A stretch of DNA of 64,000 bases from Acholeplasmataceae bacterium. GTDB lineage: Bacteria; Bacillota_I; Bacilli_A; Acholeplasmatales; Acholeplasmataceae. A model generated the notes under the pieces. The model did not search any database. It saw nothing but the letters and a program-made list of their open reading frames with translations, and was not told the DNA's origin. Shown here one piece after another: positions 9,149 through 19,869 of this stretch. Position 1 is the stretch's first letter, and every line of letters starts with the position of its first letter. The stretch is taken from assembly GCA_963675245.1 (NCBI GenBank), contig OY775910.1, forward strand, positions 1,536,001-1,600,000, given 5' to 3'. The position numbers and the translations under genes are program-made.

Positions 9149-9874
9149 ATGAAAAAATTGGCTTATTTTATATCTCCTATATTGACGATTATCGCTGTCT
9201 GGTACCTACTCTATTTCATTATTGATGAACCTTTGTTGGTACCTACTTTTACTGATGTCTTAAAATCATTTGTTCATATATTCAGTCCTTCTTATATGAC
9301 AATTGTTTTAATGAGTGTATTACGACTAATTATAAGCTTTGTGATATCAGCTATACTCGGAATAAGCCTTGGTTTCATAAGCGCTAAATATCACTTATTT
9401 GAGGGATTTAATCGTCCTTTTATAACTATTTTACGTGTCATTCCAGTGCTCTCAATTATTGTTATTCTTTTTATTATTATTGGATCAACATTATCTCCTT
9501 ATGTGATTACATTCTTAATTTTATTCCCGTTATTTTATCAAGCAACCTTAGATGGAACCAAACAGATTGATCCTGCATTATTGGATGTTTTAAAACTCAA
9601 TGAAATGCATGTCAAAGAAAGTCTTAAATACGTTTATATACCATCGTTATCAGACGCTTTATTTGTTACTGTTTTTCAATCCCTAGGATTAGGCATTAAA
9701 GTGCTCGTGATGGCTGAATATTTGATGCAAGTTAATCATTCCATTGGAAAAGCAATTTATATGGCTCGAATTGAGTTAAACTATAGTATGGTTTACGCTT
9801 GGACGTTATTACTTATTTTATTGGCGGTCACTCTAGAAAGTATCGCCTTATTGATCAAAAAGAGACAAGCATAA
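9149..9874 (+). CDS. ABC transporter permease (NitT/TauT family)
   Basis: Multiple TM segments; motifs LRVIPVLS and GLGIKVLVMAEYL. Confidence 0.85.
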   Translation: MKKLAYFISPILTIIAVWYLLYFIIDEPLLVPTFTDVLKSFVHIFSPSYMTIVLMSVLRLIISFVISAILGISLGFISAKYHLFEGFNRPFITILRVIPVLSIIVILFIIIGSTLSPYVITFLILFPLFYQATLDGTKQIDPALLDVLKLNEMHVKESLKYVYIPSLSDALFVTVFQSLGLGIKVLVMAEYLMQVNHSIGKAIYMARIELNYSMVYAWTLLLILLAVTLESIALLIKKRQA

Positions 9875-9898
9875 AAAAAATAGGGTTTGCACCCTATT
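9872..9898. terminator. Terminator between the convergent permease and obg genes
   Basis: A-run followed by AATAGGGT-ttgc-ACCCTATT. Confidence 0.65.
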
Positions 9899-11135
9899 CT
9901 ATAAATTCAAATTCAAAATCAAATATTTTAACGCGATCACCATTAACAGCTCCTGCTTCTCTTAATGCTTGATCTACACCAAGTGAGCGAAGTTGTCTTG
10001 CAAATCGTTTTACAGCATCTTCGTTTGTAAAGTTTACACGATCAAAGATAGTACGTAGTTTTTCACCTTCAAGAATAAACGTATCTTCATCTTTTGACAA
10101 TACAAAAGCTGGTGTTTCTTCAAACTTATAAACTTTTTCAATCTGTTCTTCTTCAATAATAGGTGCTTCCTTTAATTGTTCTTTAATGGCGTAAAGAAGC
10201 GTTTGAACATTGCTTTTATTCAATGCAGAAATACCAATAATTGTTGGTATTTTTTTCTTTAATGAGGCTAGTTTTTCTTCACTGTCTGGCATATCTATTT
10301 TATTGGCAACTATAATTTCTGGTCGAGATAATAATTTTTCATCATACATCTCTAATTCATGTCTGATTTTTTGATAATCGAGAAATGGATCGTCATGTGT
10401 AAGATCAACGATATGGACAAAAACACGACATCTTTCGATGTGTTTTAAAAAACGAATACCTAATCCATGACCTTGGTGTGCATCTTCAACGAGTCCAGGT
10501 AAATCAGCTAAAACAAATGATTGATCATCAATATCAACCATTCCTAGATGTGGTGTCAACGTTGTAAATGGATAAGCTGCTACCTTAGGTCTCGCATTTG
10601 ATACAACCGAAATAAGTGTCGATTTACCAACAGATGGATAGCCAATTAGGCCGACATCTGCTAGTACTTTTAGTTCTACACGAATTCTGAATTGTTCACC
10701 TTTATCACCATTTTCAGCAAACTTTGGTGCGGGATTTTTATGCGTCGCAAAAGCCATATTACCCCTGCCTCCCTTGCCACCTTTAGCAATAATGATTTCT
10801 TCATCATGATGCGTGACTTCACCAATTAATCTTGACTTATCTTCTGTATAAACAATCGTCCCCAAAGGTACTCTAACATACGTGTTTTCAGCATTTGCAC
10901 CATGCATACCTTTAGATTTACCACTAACACCGTTAGCAGCTTTAATATGACGGTTATAATGAAGTTTCGATAATGTGTGCATCCCTTCATCACCAACAAA
11001 AACAACGGATCCACCGTTTCCGCCATTACCGCCCCATGGGCCGCCATATTCCACATATTTTTCACGACGGAAAGAAGCCATACCGTTTCCGCCTTTTCCA
11101 CCTGTTACTTCTACTACAACATCATCTATAAACAT
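9894..11135 (-). CDS. obgE: GTPase ObgE/CgtA
   Basis: Gly-rich Obg fold; G motifs GYPSVGKS, YPFTTL, DLPG and NKID. Confidence 0.97.
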   Translation of the reverse strand: MFIDDVVVEVTGGKGGNGMASFRREKYVEYGGPWGGNGGNGGSVVFVGDEGMHTLSKLHYNRHIKAANGVSGKSKGMHGANAENTYVRVPLGTIVYTEDKSRLIGEVTHHDEEIIIAKGGKGGRGNMAFATHKNPAPKFAENGDKGEQFRIRVELKVLADVGLIGYPSVGKSTLISVVSNARPKVAAYPFTTLTPHLGMVDIDDQSFVLADLPGLVEDAHQGHGLGIRFLKHIERCRVFVHIVDLTHDDPFLDYQKIRHELEMYDEKLLSRPEIIVANKIDMPDSEEKLASLKKKIPTIIGISALNKSNVQTLLYAIKEQLKEAPIIEEEQIEKVYKFEETPAFVLSKDEDTFILEGEKLRTIFDRVNFTNEDAVKRFARQLRSLGVDQALREAGAVNGDRVKIFDFEFEFIE

Positions 11136-11148
11136 TTAATCACCCCTG

Positions 11149-11178
11149 AAAAAAAAGGATAACGTTGGTTATCCTTCG
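11149..11178 (-). terminator. Terminator after rpmA
   Basis: Minus strand AAGGATAAC-caac-GTTATCCTT followed by a T run. Confidence 0.7.
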
Positions 11179-11447
11179 TAAACGGAAACTTGTTTTCTCT
11201 TTTTGCCGACTCTTTCATACTTGACATAGCCGGTGATTTTAGCGAAGAGTGTATCATCGCCACCACGACCGACATTATTACCAGGATGAACTTTAGTACC
11301 GCGTTGACGGTAAATGATTGATCCGGCGCTGCAATATTGGCCATCTGATAGCTTTGAGCCTAGACGTTTAGATTCTGAGTCACGACCGTTACGGGTAGAA
11401 CCAACACCTTTTTTCGATGCGAATAGCTGGATATTAAGCTTAAGCAT
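11169..11447 (-). CDS. rpmA: 50S ribosomal protein L27 with N-terminal extension
   Basis: [27 protein letters not shown]. Confidence 0.98.
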   Translation of the reverse strand: MLKLNIQLFASKKGVGSTRNGRDSESKRLGSKLSDGQYCSAGSIIYRQRGTKVHPGNNVGRGGDDTLFAKITGYVKYERVGKKRKQVSVYEG

Positions 11448-11448
11448 A

Positions 11449-11766
11449 TTATCCCTCCTCCTTTTGGTTTTTCATATATTTTGGATATTCTTTTACTAAT
11501 TCATTGAAAGTGTATTCCAAATTTGCGAACAAACCATCCACGACTGAATCATGAGATACAATGTTTGCTTCAAAATACCCTTCCTTTACAACCAAGTTGA
11601 CCTTTTTGTCAACCTTTAAACATTCTAATGCATTCGCTGTCATGATGACTGCTGTTGATACAGCAGCGCAAACAATGTCCGCACCTTTTTTGGCAAATCC
11701 TGCATGCCCTGTTACTTTAACCGAATCAATTTGCCCATTGTTTTTTTTAAAAACTGAAGAAATCAT
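11449..11766 (-). CDS. prp: Ribosomal-processing cysteine protease Prp (YsxB)
   Basis: GHA...DIVCAAVS motif; lies between rplU and rpmA. Confidence 0.93.
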   Translation of the reverse strand: MISSVFKKNNGQIDSVKVTGHAGFAKKGADIVCAAVSTAVIMTANALECLKVDKKVNLVVKEGYFEANIVSHDSVVDGLFANLEYTFNELVKEYPKYMKNQKEEG

Positions 11767-11768
11767 GG

Positions 11769-12077
11769 TTATGCTACGATTTGCTCAATGACAAGTTTTG
11801 TATAAGCTTGTCTGTGACCTTGCTTTTTACGGTATTTCTTACGGACTTTGTACTTGAAAACAATAATTTTCTTTGCACGTCCTTGTTTGATGACTTTCGC
11901 TACAACTTTCGCGCCTGGTACGACTGGTGTACCGATGAGCGTTTTTTCGCCACCGACCATAAGTACTTCATCAAAAGTGTATGTGTCGCCTGCTTCAACG
12001 TCTAATTTTTCTACGAAGATTTCTGAACCTTCTTCAACGCGAAACTGCTTACCGCCTGTCTTAATGACTGCATACAT
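11769..12077 (-). CDS. rplU: 50S ribosomal protein L21
   Basis: [11 protein letters not shown]...KKQGHRQ. Confidence 0.98.
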   Translation of the reverse strand: MYAVIKTGGKQFRVEEGSEIFVEKLDVEAGDTYTFDEVLMVGGEKTLIGTPVVPGAKVVAKVIKQGRAKKIIVFKYKVRKKYRKKQGHRQAYTKLVIEQIVA

Positions 12078-12099
12078 AAATGCTGTTACCTCCTTTTTT

Positions 12100-12170
12100 T
12101 ATTTGAAGACTCACTATTAAGGTAGCCAACATGGCATTTTTCACCTATTCTACGTGGTACAACATGAATA
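12100..12170 (-). ncRNA. Ribosomal protein L21 leader (putative)
   Basis: 5' UTR of rplU reads GUACCACGUAGAAUAGGU...CUACCUUAAUAGUGAGUCU just before a GGAGG RBS, resembling the Firmicute L21 leader layout. Confidence 0.6.
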
Positions 12171-12260
12171 TTTTAACGTAGTTAATATAAAAAGTCAATG
12201 AAAAAGTAGATGAAATACATTTATCTCTTCATTGACTTAATGTTTTATGCGATTAATTAA

Positions 12261-13028
12261 TTATTGTAATGCTGGTTTATTTTGATTTTGCTTAACTAAG
12301 TATAGTACAAAGACAACTCCAACAATGATAAACATAAAGAGAACTTGCCATTGTGATGGACTAAAGAATGGAAGGAATTCGCCTCTTTCATCACCACGGA
12401 AAAATTCAATAATGAAGCGGAATATAGCGTATGATCCACCATAAATAAATAAGTTATATTGCCACTTACCTTTGTTTAATAATACCAATAATACAACTGA
12501 TAAAATCAATAAGAAGAATGCTTCAATCGTTTGTGTTGGAATAACTTTTGTTGATGTCGTTACAAATTGGATGCCAATCCATGAATCTGTTGCCACGCCA
12601 TAACAACAACCAGCTGCAGTACATCCAATTCTACCAAAGAAATGAGCAACTGCTACAGAAGCCATAGCGATACTAACGGTTGGAAAAAAATGTTTTTTAA
12701 CATCAGCATTTCCAAATGCTCTTGCACCTATAATAAACGTCGCTGCACCACCAATTAATCCGCCCATGAATGTAATCCCTTGAACTTGATACGGTTCTCC
12801 TGTTTGAACGGCTTCAATATAATTATATAATTGTTGGAAACCAAATGCACATGCAAAGCCAATACCAATAGATACAAGGCTTAAAATAAGATAAAATCTA
12901 AAAACTTCGTAAGGAATCTTCAATCTTTTTGAGTAGCTATAAAGTACGAGTAATGCTGCAATAAGACCAATGAAAATCATTACATCATATGTGTGAAGCC
13001 ACTCTATACCAAATAAATATGGATACAT
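12261..13028 (-). CDS. lgt: Prolipoprotein diacylglyceryl transferase
   Basis: Motifs GITFMGG, GRIGC..GCCYG, PTQ.IE and RFIIEFFR; multiple TM segments. Confidence 0.9.
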   Translation of the reverse strand: MYPYLFGIEWLHTYDVMIFIGLIAALLVLYSYSKRLKIPYEVFRFYLILSLVSIGIGFACAFGFQQLYNYIEAVQTGEPYQVQGITFMGGLIGGAATFIIGARAFGNADVKKHFFPTVSIAMASVAVAHFFGRIGCTAAGCCYGVATDSWIGIQFVTTSTKVIPTQTIEAFFLLILSVVLLVLLNKGKWQYNLFIYGGSYAIFRFIIEFFRGDERGEFLPFFSPSQWQVLFMFIIVGVVFVLYLVKQNQNKPALQ

Positions 13029-13104
13029 AAAAACACTCCTTTAAATGACATCTATATTATTATTATACACGATGAGATGTTATTTTGACCGGTGATGCAA
13101 ATCA

Positions 13105-14070
13105 TTACCTTGTTCCTTTTTCAAAAGGTATACCTTCAGCTTTAGGTGCATTCGACTTAGCTGAGGTAAATATAAGCACTACCAAAGTCGTTAAATATGG
13201 AAGAATTTGATAAAATGTTGTGTCAATATTCAAATTGTTTAGCCATGGAATAAGAATGACAGATGATCCTAACACATTCAAGAATGCAAATAAGAGTGCA
13301 CCAAATAATATTCTCATAGGCTTCCATTGCCCGAATATCATGACAGCTAATGCTAAGAATCCATATCCATTAACACCATCACGACCATTAATGTTAGCAT
13401 CCAAAACACCAATAGCATAGAAATAACCACCTATACCTGCAAGTAAACCTGAGATTGCAACACCCCAATAGCGCATTCTTGAGACTGATATGCCCACTGA
13501 ATCAGCTGCATGTGGATGTTCACCACATGATCTTAGTCGCAAACCAAACTTTGTTTTATATAAGACAATGCTTGCAATGATTAATATGGCGATACCTACA
13601 TACACTGTAAGATATGTATTTTGGAAGAATAAATCACCTAAAACAGGAATGTCTGCCAATAGAGGGACACGACGAATATAAAGTGAAATATTTGTCGTTA
13701 CACCATTTTCACCAAAATACATTCTTGAAAATAAGATAACCATTGCTGGTATAAACATATTGAGTGCAGTACCAGAAATAACCTGGTTTGATTTCATATT
13801 AACTGCTGAAAATGCAAGTAACATAGAATATAGGACTCCCGATGTACCTGCGATGATTAAACCAATAAGTAAAATGACTTGAACATTCATACCAGAACCT
13901 TGTACAAAGAAGACAAATAGTGCTGCAAAGAAACCACCAAATAACATAATACCTTCTAAAGCAATATTAACAACACCACTTCTTTCAGAGAACATACCAC
14001 CGAGTGCAACAACGAGTAATGCGACAGCAACAGGTAACATGTTTTGGACTAAATAATAAACAGTATCCAT
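13105..14070 (-). CDS. Nucleoside/simple-sugar ABC transporter permease (NupC-like)
   Basis: Motifs SERSGVVNIALEG, GLRLRSCGEHP and GFLALA. Confidence 0.9.
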   Translation of the reverse strand: MDTVYYLVQNMLPVAVALLVVALGGMFSERSGVVNIALEGIMLFGGFFAALFVFFVQGSGMNVQVILLIGLIIAGTSGVLYSMLLAFSAVNMKSNQVISGTALNMFIPAMVILFSRMYFGENGVTTNISLYIRRVPLLADIPVLGDLFFQNTYLTVYVGIAILIIASIVLYKTKFGLRLRSCGEHPHAADSVGISVSRMRYWGVAISGLLAGIGGYFYAIGVLDANINGRDGVNGYGFLALAVMIFGQWKPMRILFGALLFAFLNVLGSSVILIPWLNNLNIDTTFYQILPYLTTLVVLIFTSAKSNAPKAEGIPFEKGTR

Positions 14071-15227
14071 TATGCCACCTCCCCTTCACTCGTAACTTCT
14101 GGTGTTTTAATGGCATCCTCAACCGGTTTTTTACGTCTGTTTTTAATAAAATTACCAATCACTTGATTAATGATTAATGCAAATGCCGAAAAGTAAATAA
14201 TAATCGCGATAACGACATCAATAATTTCCGGTTCATATCCGATAATTCTTGCTGCTGTACCACCACGTTGAATATAAGAAACAAAGAATGAAGAAAATAT
14301 AACACCAAATGGATTTGAGTTACCCAATAAAGCTACGGCAATCCCATTAAATCCAGCATCTGATATGACATTAATTGGTGTATACGTCATAGAACTACCC
14401 ACTAATAGAGAAGGTGCCAAAATCATTAAAGCCCCACCTAATCCAGCCAGTCCACCAGCGATACCCATCGTTAAAACAGTATTACGTTTATAATTGATAC
14501 CAGCATATTTACTTGCATCTTTTGAATAACCTGTTGCAATCAATTCATATCCAAACGTTGTTTTATACATGATTAATCCAATAATAATAGCAACAACAAT
14601 TGATATGATTAAGCCAATATTGACATTTGTACTTGATCCAAATGAAGCTAATTGTAATGCTTCAGGAATATATCTTGTACTTGAACGATCAGCCGAATAA
14701 AGTGCTGTATTATTTGTGATTAATGAATCAACTACAAACATACCAATGTAGTTTAACATGATGGATGTAATGACTTCATTCACATTTGAAAAAGCTTTTA
14801 AAACACCTGGAATAAGTCCCCACAACATACCACCTAGAATACCAGCAAGGATTGCTACAATCCAATGAATCGAACTTGGCAATGGCATCATGAAGACAAC
14901 AAATAGTGTGAAGAACATGCCCATTGTAAACTGTCCAGATGCACCAATGTTAAATAATCCCATTTTAAATGCAAATCCCACAGAAAGACCAGTCATTAAT
15001 ACTGGAACCATGAAGAATAAGACATCATCAAATCGACCAATACCACCAAATAGCAATGCACCAAAACCTCTAAATGATGCCTCTGGTTTAGAGATTATCA
15101 TGACAATAAAGCCAATTAGTAACCCTATACCAATCGCTAATAAGGTAGCTCTGAATTTTTTCATGCCATCTGATTGAAGGAAAAAGTGAAGGCGATCTTT
15201 AAATGAAAGTTCTTTTTGATTATTCAT
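14070..15227 (-). CDS. Nucleoside/simple-sugar ABC transporter permease (NupB-like)
   Basis: Motifs GLFNIGASGQ, NEVITSIMLNY and GFNGIAVALL; start 15227 follows GGAGG. Confidence 0.9.
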   Translation of the reverse strand: MNNQKELSFKDRLHFFLQSDGMKKFRATLLAIGIGLLIGFIVMIISKPEASFRGFGALLFGGIGRFDDVLFFMVPVLMTGLSVGFAFKMGLFNIGASGQFTMGMFFTLFVVFMMPLPSSIHWIVAILAGILGGMLWGLIPGVLKAFSNVNEVITSIMLNYIGMFVVDSLITNNTALYSADRSSTRYIPEALQLASFGSSTNVNIGLIISIVVAIIIGLIMYKTTFGYELIATGYSKDASKYAGINYKRNTVLTMGIAGGLAGLGGALMILAPSLLVGSSMTYTPINVISDAGFNGIAVALLGNSNPFGVIFSSFFVSYIQRGGTAARIIGYEPEIIDVVIAIIIYFSAFALIINQVIGNFIKNRRKKPVEDAIKTPEVTSEGEVA

Positions 15228-16779
15228 GTTTGACCTCCATTGATTTATCCCTTTTTGCACCACTCATATATAAACCAAGTTCTTCAGGAGTTGTCTTTTT
15301 AGGATTTAATTCACCAGTAATTTCTCCTTCATACATAACAAGAATTCTATCTGATAAATCCATGACTTCGTCTAGTTCTAAGCTCATTAGAAGAACAGCT
15401 TTACCATCATCTCTAGCCTTAACAATTTGTTTATGTATAAATTCGATAGCCCCAACATCTAAGCCTCTTGTTGGTTGTACGCATATTAATAAATTACAAT
15501 TTTTCTCAATTTCTCTTGCGATAATTGCTTTTTGTTGATTACCACCACTCATACTTCTTGCGATAGTCACTGGACCTTGCCCACTTCTAACATCGTATTT
15601 CTCAATAAGTTCTTCACTATATTGACGCATAGCATTAGGTTGTAAAATACCATGTCTTTGGAATGGTTCTTGCCAATAAAGTTGCAAAATCAAATTTTTT
15701 TCAAGCGAATAATCAAGAACTAATCCATATTTTTGACGATCTTCAGGTACATGACTCATACCTAATTTAGATCTTTTTCTTATAGATTCTTTTACAATAT
15801 CATGTTCATTAAACATAATGGAACCATGCTTAATTTTATCTAATCCCGTAATTCCTTGAATGAGCTCAGATTGACCATTACCTTCGATCCCAGCTAAACA
15901 AACAATTTCCCCTTCTCTGACAGTAAAAGAAACATGCTTAACCGTATGCAAATCAGAAGTTGTTGATTTCATTGAAATATTCTTGACATCAAGGACAACC
16001 TTTCCAGGTTTAATATCTTTTTTGTCAATATTAAAATTAACGTTTCTACCAACCATCATTTTCGATAGTTCAGCTTTTGTCGTCTTTTTAACATCTACCG
16101 TACCGATGAGTTTCCCTTTGCGTAAAACTGTACATCGGTCAGCAACTGCTTTAATTTCGTTTAATTTATGTGTAATGAATAAAATTGATTTACCTTCCTT
16201 AGCAAAACCTTTCATAATATCCATTAAATCATCAATTTCTTGAGGGGTTAAAACAGCCGTAGGCTCATCAAAAATCAATATTTCGTTGTCCCGATATAAC
16301 ATTTTTAAGATTTCAACACGCTGTTGTTGACCAACAGTAATATTTTTAATCAATGCGTCTGGATCAACTTGCAATCCATATCTTTTAGATAAATCAACGA
16401 TTTTATCTCTTGCTTCTTTTTTCGTTAAGAAGCCATATTTATGCGGCTCATTGCCTAATATAATATTCTCTAAAACCGTAAATACCTCTACTAACATAAA
16501 ATGCTGATGAACCATCCCAATACCCAATTCATTAGCATCATTGGGATTGTTAATTTCAACTTTGACGCCATTTTTTCGAATTTCACCAGCTTCAGCCTGA
16601 TATATTCCAAAAAGGACACTCATTAGTGTCGATTTACCCGCACCATTTTCACCTAATAGTGCATGAATCTCACCCTTTTTTAATTGCAGAGAAATATCAT
16701 CATTAGCAACAATGCCTGGAAACTCTTTTCGGATATTTAACATCTCGATAACAAAATCTTCCAAATCTATCACCGCCAT
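15220..16779 (-). CDS. Nucleoside ABC transporter ATP-binding protein with two ABC domains (NupA-like)
   Basis: Motifs GENGAGKST, FDEPT, SGGNQQK and QPTRGLD. Confidence 0.93.
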   Translation of the reverse strand: MAVIDLEDFVIEMLNIRKEFPGIVANDDISLQLKKGEIHALLGENGAGKSTLMSVLFGIYQAEAGEIRKNGVKVEINNPNDANELGIGMVHQHFMLVEVFTVLENIILGNEPHKYGFLTKKEARDKIVDLSKRYGLQVDPDALIKNITVGQQQRVEILKMLYRDNEILIFDEPTAVLTPQEIDDLMDIMKGFAKEGKSILFITHKLNEIKAVADRCTVLRKGKLIGTVDVKKTTKAELSKMMVGRNVNFNIDKKDIKPGKVVLDVKNISMKSTTSDLHTVKHVSFTVREGEIVCLAGIEGNGQSELIQGITGLDKIKHGSIMFNEHDIVKESIRKRSKLGMSHVPEDRQKYGLVLDYSLEKNLILQLYWQEPFQRHGILQPNAMRQYSEELIEKYDVRSGQGPVTIARSMSGGNQQKAIIAREIEKNCNLLICVQPTRGLDVGAIEFIHKQIVKARDDGKAVLLMSLELDEVMDLSDRILVMYEGEITGELNPKKTTPEELGLYMSGAKRDKSMEVKHE

Positions 16780-16836
16780 TTACATCTTTTGTTATAGTAT
16801 AGCATAAATTTAACAAGTTCTCGACCATCATATGAT

Positions 16837-16870
16837 AAAAAAAAAGAGGAGAAAATTTTTCTCCTCTTTC
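16837..16870 (-). terminator. Terminator after the BMP lipoprotein gene
   Basis: AAAGAGGAGAAAA/TTTTCTCCTCTTT inverted repeat with a T run on the minus strand. Confidence 0.8.
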
Positions 16871-16886
16871 AAATATTATTGTTTAA

Positions 16887-18062
16887 TTATGCAACGATAA
16901 TAACTGTAACTAAATCTAAACCTAAACCTTCTTCAAGTTGAGCAGCTGTTAAGAATTCAGCAGCGATAAGTTCACCGTCTTCACCTTCTGGATCAACAAC
17001 ATCGACTTTACGTAATAATGTACCAACAGTACCATCAACTAAGTCAGCAAAGATTGCGTTGTAATCAGCTAAAGTGAATGAATCAAAACGATCGAATGCA
17101 TCAGCTGTATCATCGCCAATGACACTAGTTGGAAGACCAACACCATCATTTGAGGCATTAAAATATGTTGTTTTACCACCAAAGTCTGACCATTCAGCTT
17201 CAGTATCAACATCATAGATTGCAGCTAAAATTTGTTGGATTGAAGCAGCTAAACCTTTAGTAGCTGATGTTATAACAGTTTCACTATCATAACGTTGGTC
17301 AACGTCAACACCAATTACTTTACCTACTGGATCAGCTTCTGAAGCAGCAGCCATAACGCTCTTACCAACAGAACCACCAGCTGCGAAGATTACTTCTGCA
17401 CCAGCTTCGAACATAGCACTTGCAGTCGCTTTGTTTTCAGGACTTTCAGCAAAGTCACCTGTATAGTGATATCTAACTTCTACATCACCTGCAGTTAATC
17501 CTAATTCTTGTGCTGCATATTCAGCACCTTGTAAAAAGCCATTACCAAATGCAACAACAGCAGGAACTGCTTGTCCACCTTCGTAACCTAAGCTACGTAA
17601 GCCATCCATAACTGCTGCATAACCAGCTAAGAAACCTGATTCTTCTTCAGCATACATAACTGATGCAACGTTAGCATCTGTTCTGAATGTTGAATAGTCT
17701 GGTGTATGTGGAGCACCATCCAATAAAATGAATTTAACATCTGGATATAAAGTTTGTGCTGAGTAGATAGCTGGTTCGAATAAGAAACCAGGTGTTACAA
17801 CAACTTTAGCACCAGCGTCAACAGCATCACCAATAGCTGCTAAGTAATAATCATCTGAAATATCTTCTGGACGATAATATTGGTGTGAAATGTTATTTTC
17901 TTCAGCAAAAGCGACAACACCTTCCCAAGCACCTTGGTTGAATGATTTGTCATTGATGTCACCTTTATCAGTGATCAATGCAATTTCATATGTTGTTTCG
18001 CCACATGCAAATAATGCAACTGAAACAGCTAAAGCAAATAATACTAACAAAATTTTCTTCAT
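16887..18062 (-). CDS. BMP family (PnrA/TmpC-like) nucleoside-binding lipoprotein
   Basis: Lipobox LFAC; motifs DKSFNQGAWEG, GFLAG and IGVDVDQ. Confidence 0.92.
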   Translation of the reverse strand: MKKILLVLFALAVSVALFACGETTYEIALITDKGDINDKSFNQGAWEGVVAFAEENNISHQYYRPEDISDDYYLAAIGDAVDAGAKVVVTPGFLFEPAIYSAQTLYPDVKFILLDGAPHTPDYSTFRTDANVASVMYAEEESGFLAGYAAVMDGLRSLGYEGGQAVPAVVAFGNGFLQGAEYAAQELGLTAGDVEVRYHYTGDFAESPENKATASAMFEAGAEVIFAAGGSVGKSVMAAASEADPVGKVIGVDVDQRYDSETVITSATKGLAASIQQILAAIYDVDTEAEWSDFGGKTTYFNASNDGVGLPTSVIGDDTADAFDRFDSFTLADYNAIFADLVDGTVGTLLRKVDVVDPEGEDGELIAAEFLTAAQLEEGLGLDLVTVIIVA

Positions 18063-18193
18063 TTTCCCATATTTCTCCTTATAAAATTTTTGAGACTCCT
18101 ACATCCCAATTACTAATAGTATACATACTATTTGCAAAAGATTCAATCATTATAGAACCTTTTTTACGATTTTGATAAAAAAGCACCGTCTAA

Positions 18194-19153
18194 TTACAGT
18201 GCTTCTTCTTGTTTTGACTCATTTTTATTTTTATTGCTCTTTTTGAATAAATTTGCTACTTTCTTTGGTAAAGAAATCATCGCATCACCAATGACAACAG
18301 GTAACATGCCAGTTGCTTCTAATAATGCATCTCTTCTAATCTTTTCTTTTGTAATATCAGCAGCATCCGTAAATAAATATTTTCTCGTAACAATTCCTAT
18401 TCTAAGTGTCAATAATGCATTTGATATCCCTTGTGTAACTGAGGACATTAATGGCTTAATCAGCGGTATTTCACCAATTGTATTAAGTGTTGATTGTGGT
18501 AGAACATCTGCTATATCCATATTTTCCAAACCTTCAGCAATCAATGCAGTTGTCATGACATTAATTGTTAACTTCGCTAAATTACGATAAGAGGGTCTAA
18601 ATCCACATGATTCAACAAGTTCTTTAATCATTCTAAGATTCACAATGATGACAGTAAAAAAATCAAGTCTACCATTTTGTGATATGGCTGTCGAAATCAT
18701 GACAGTTTTAGCATGTTTTCTAATCGTTTGATTTAATTGCTTTTTAATCACTTTATTATAGGTGTGATTAAGTGCTTCTTTAAGCGATTCACGATGATTA
18801 AGTGCTTGTCGTAATTTTTCTTTTTCTATGTCAGGTAGTTTATTACCATCTAACAATCTTTTTGCTACTCTTCGATAAGTAGCATGATTTCTTCTATTTC
18901 CTTCCTCATCCAATGTCGTCTCAATTGAAAACGATGGGGAGAAAACAATGATGTGTAACGGTCTGTATATCAATATATAGACAAGTAGTGCCGTCAAAGC
19001 ATAAAACGCATACTCAAGATACATAGAAACATTTCTTAATCTTTCACCAACGTCAAGCACTGATGAGAGTAGTATAAGTATAAATAAAATAATAAAACCA
19101 ATGGCTGTTAAATACCAAAATAGTTTTGTGGAGTTTCGTTTCATCAATATCAC
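18194..19153 (-). CDS. YcjF/DUF697 family membrane protein
   Basis: Two N-terminal TM helices; motifs TAISQNGRLD, GFRP and GISNALLTLRIG. Confidence 0.7.
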   Translation of the reverse strand: MILMKRNSTKLFWYLTAIGFIILFILILLSSVLDVGERLRNVSMYLEYAFYALTALLVYILIYRPLHIIVFSPSFSIETTLDEEGNRRNHATYRRVAKRLLDGNKLPDIEKEKLRQALNHRESLKEALNHTYNKVIKKQLNQTIRKHAKTVMISTAISQNGRLDFFTVIIVNLRMIKELVESCGFRPSYRNLAKLTINVMTTALIAEGLENMDIADVLPQSTLNTIGEIPLIKPLMSSVTQGISNALLTLRIGIVTRKYLFTDAADITKEKIRRDALLEATGMLPVVIGDAMISLPKKVANLFKKSNKNKNESKQEEAL

Positions 19154-19185
19154 ATCCTTATCATGATTATATCATGACTAAGGCA

Positions 19186-19869
19186 TTAAAGCGTTGTCTT
19201 CTTACTTTGTTTTATACTGTAAAATTCTTCTTTACCCAATATCAAGTGGTCAACTAAATCAATACCGATAATTTCTGATGCATTTATTAATTGTTTAGTG
19301 GTTTGAATATCTGCTCTTGATGGTTCTGAATTACCAGAGGGATGATTATGTACGATAATCATTCCAGCTGCACTATATTGAATCGCTTTTTTGAATATAT
19401 CACGAGGATGAATAACCATTTGATTCAACGTGCCTATATAGATTGTTTCCTCTTTTATGAGCTCACTTTTTACATTTAAATAAAGCACAATAAAGTGTTC
19501 TTGATCCAAATGAAGCAAATCAGGACTAAGCATGTAATATACATCATAAGGAGATGTAATTTTTGGCTTTATTTCAGTGATAGGTTTTGCCAACCTTCTC
19601 CCTAATTCTATCGCAGCAATCAAAGTGGTTGCTTTAGCAATTTTAATACCTTTAATGTGCATAAATTCTTGCACACTTAATCTTTTCATATCAGAAAGAT
19701 GTTCTATACTTGTTAAAACTTCATGTGCTAAAGCAAGCACAGAATGATCTTTTGTACCTGTTGATAACAATATTGCTAATAATTCTTCATTAGATAATGC
19801 GTGTGCACCACTCGCTAATAAGCGCTCTCTTGGACGCTCTGTTTGGTTCATTTCTCTGATTAAATACAA
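19186..19869 (-). CDS. radC: RadC (JAB-domain) protein
   Basis: Motifs ERPRERL, ELLAILL and HNHPSG...S..D; TTG start. Confidence 0.95.
   Translation of the reverse strand: MYLIREMNQTERPRERLLASGAHALSNEELLAILLSTGTKDHSVLALAHEVLTSIEHLSDMKRLSVQEFMHIKGIKIAKATTLIAAIELGRRLAKPITEIKPKITSPYDVYYMLSPDLLHLDQEHFIVLYLNVKSELIKEETIYIGTLNQMVIHPRDIFKKAIQYSAAGMIIVHNHPSGNSEPSRADIQTTKQLINASEIIGIDLVDHLILGKEEFYSIKQSKKTTL

Noticed and set aside
18063..18193. Purine riboswitch ahead of the BMP nucleoside transporter
   Set aside because: A promoter (TTGAAT-17-TATACT) leaves a short leader with only a weak hairpin and no purine aptamer core.
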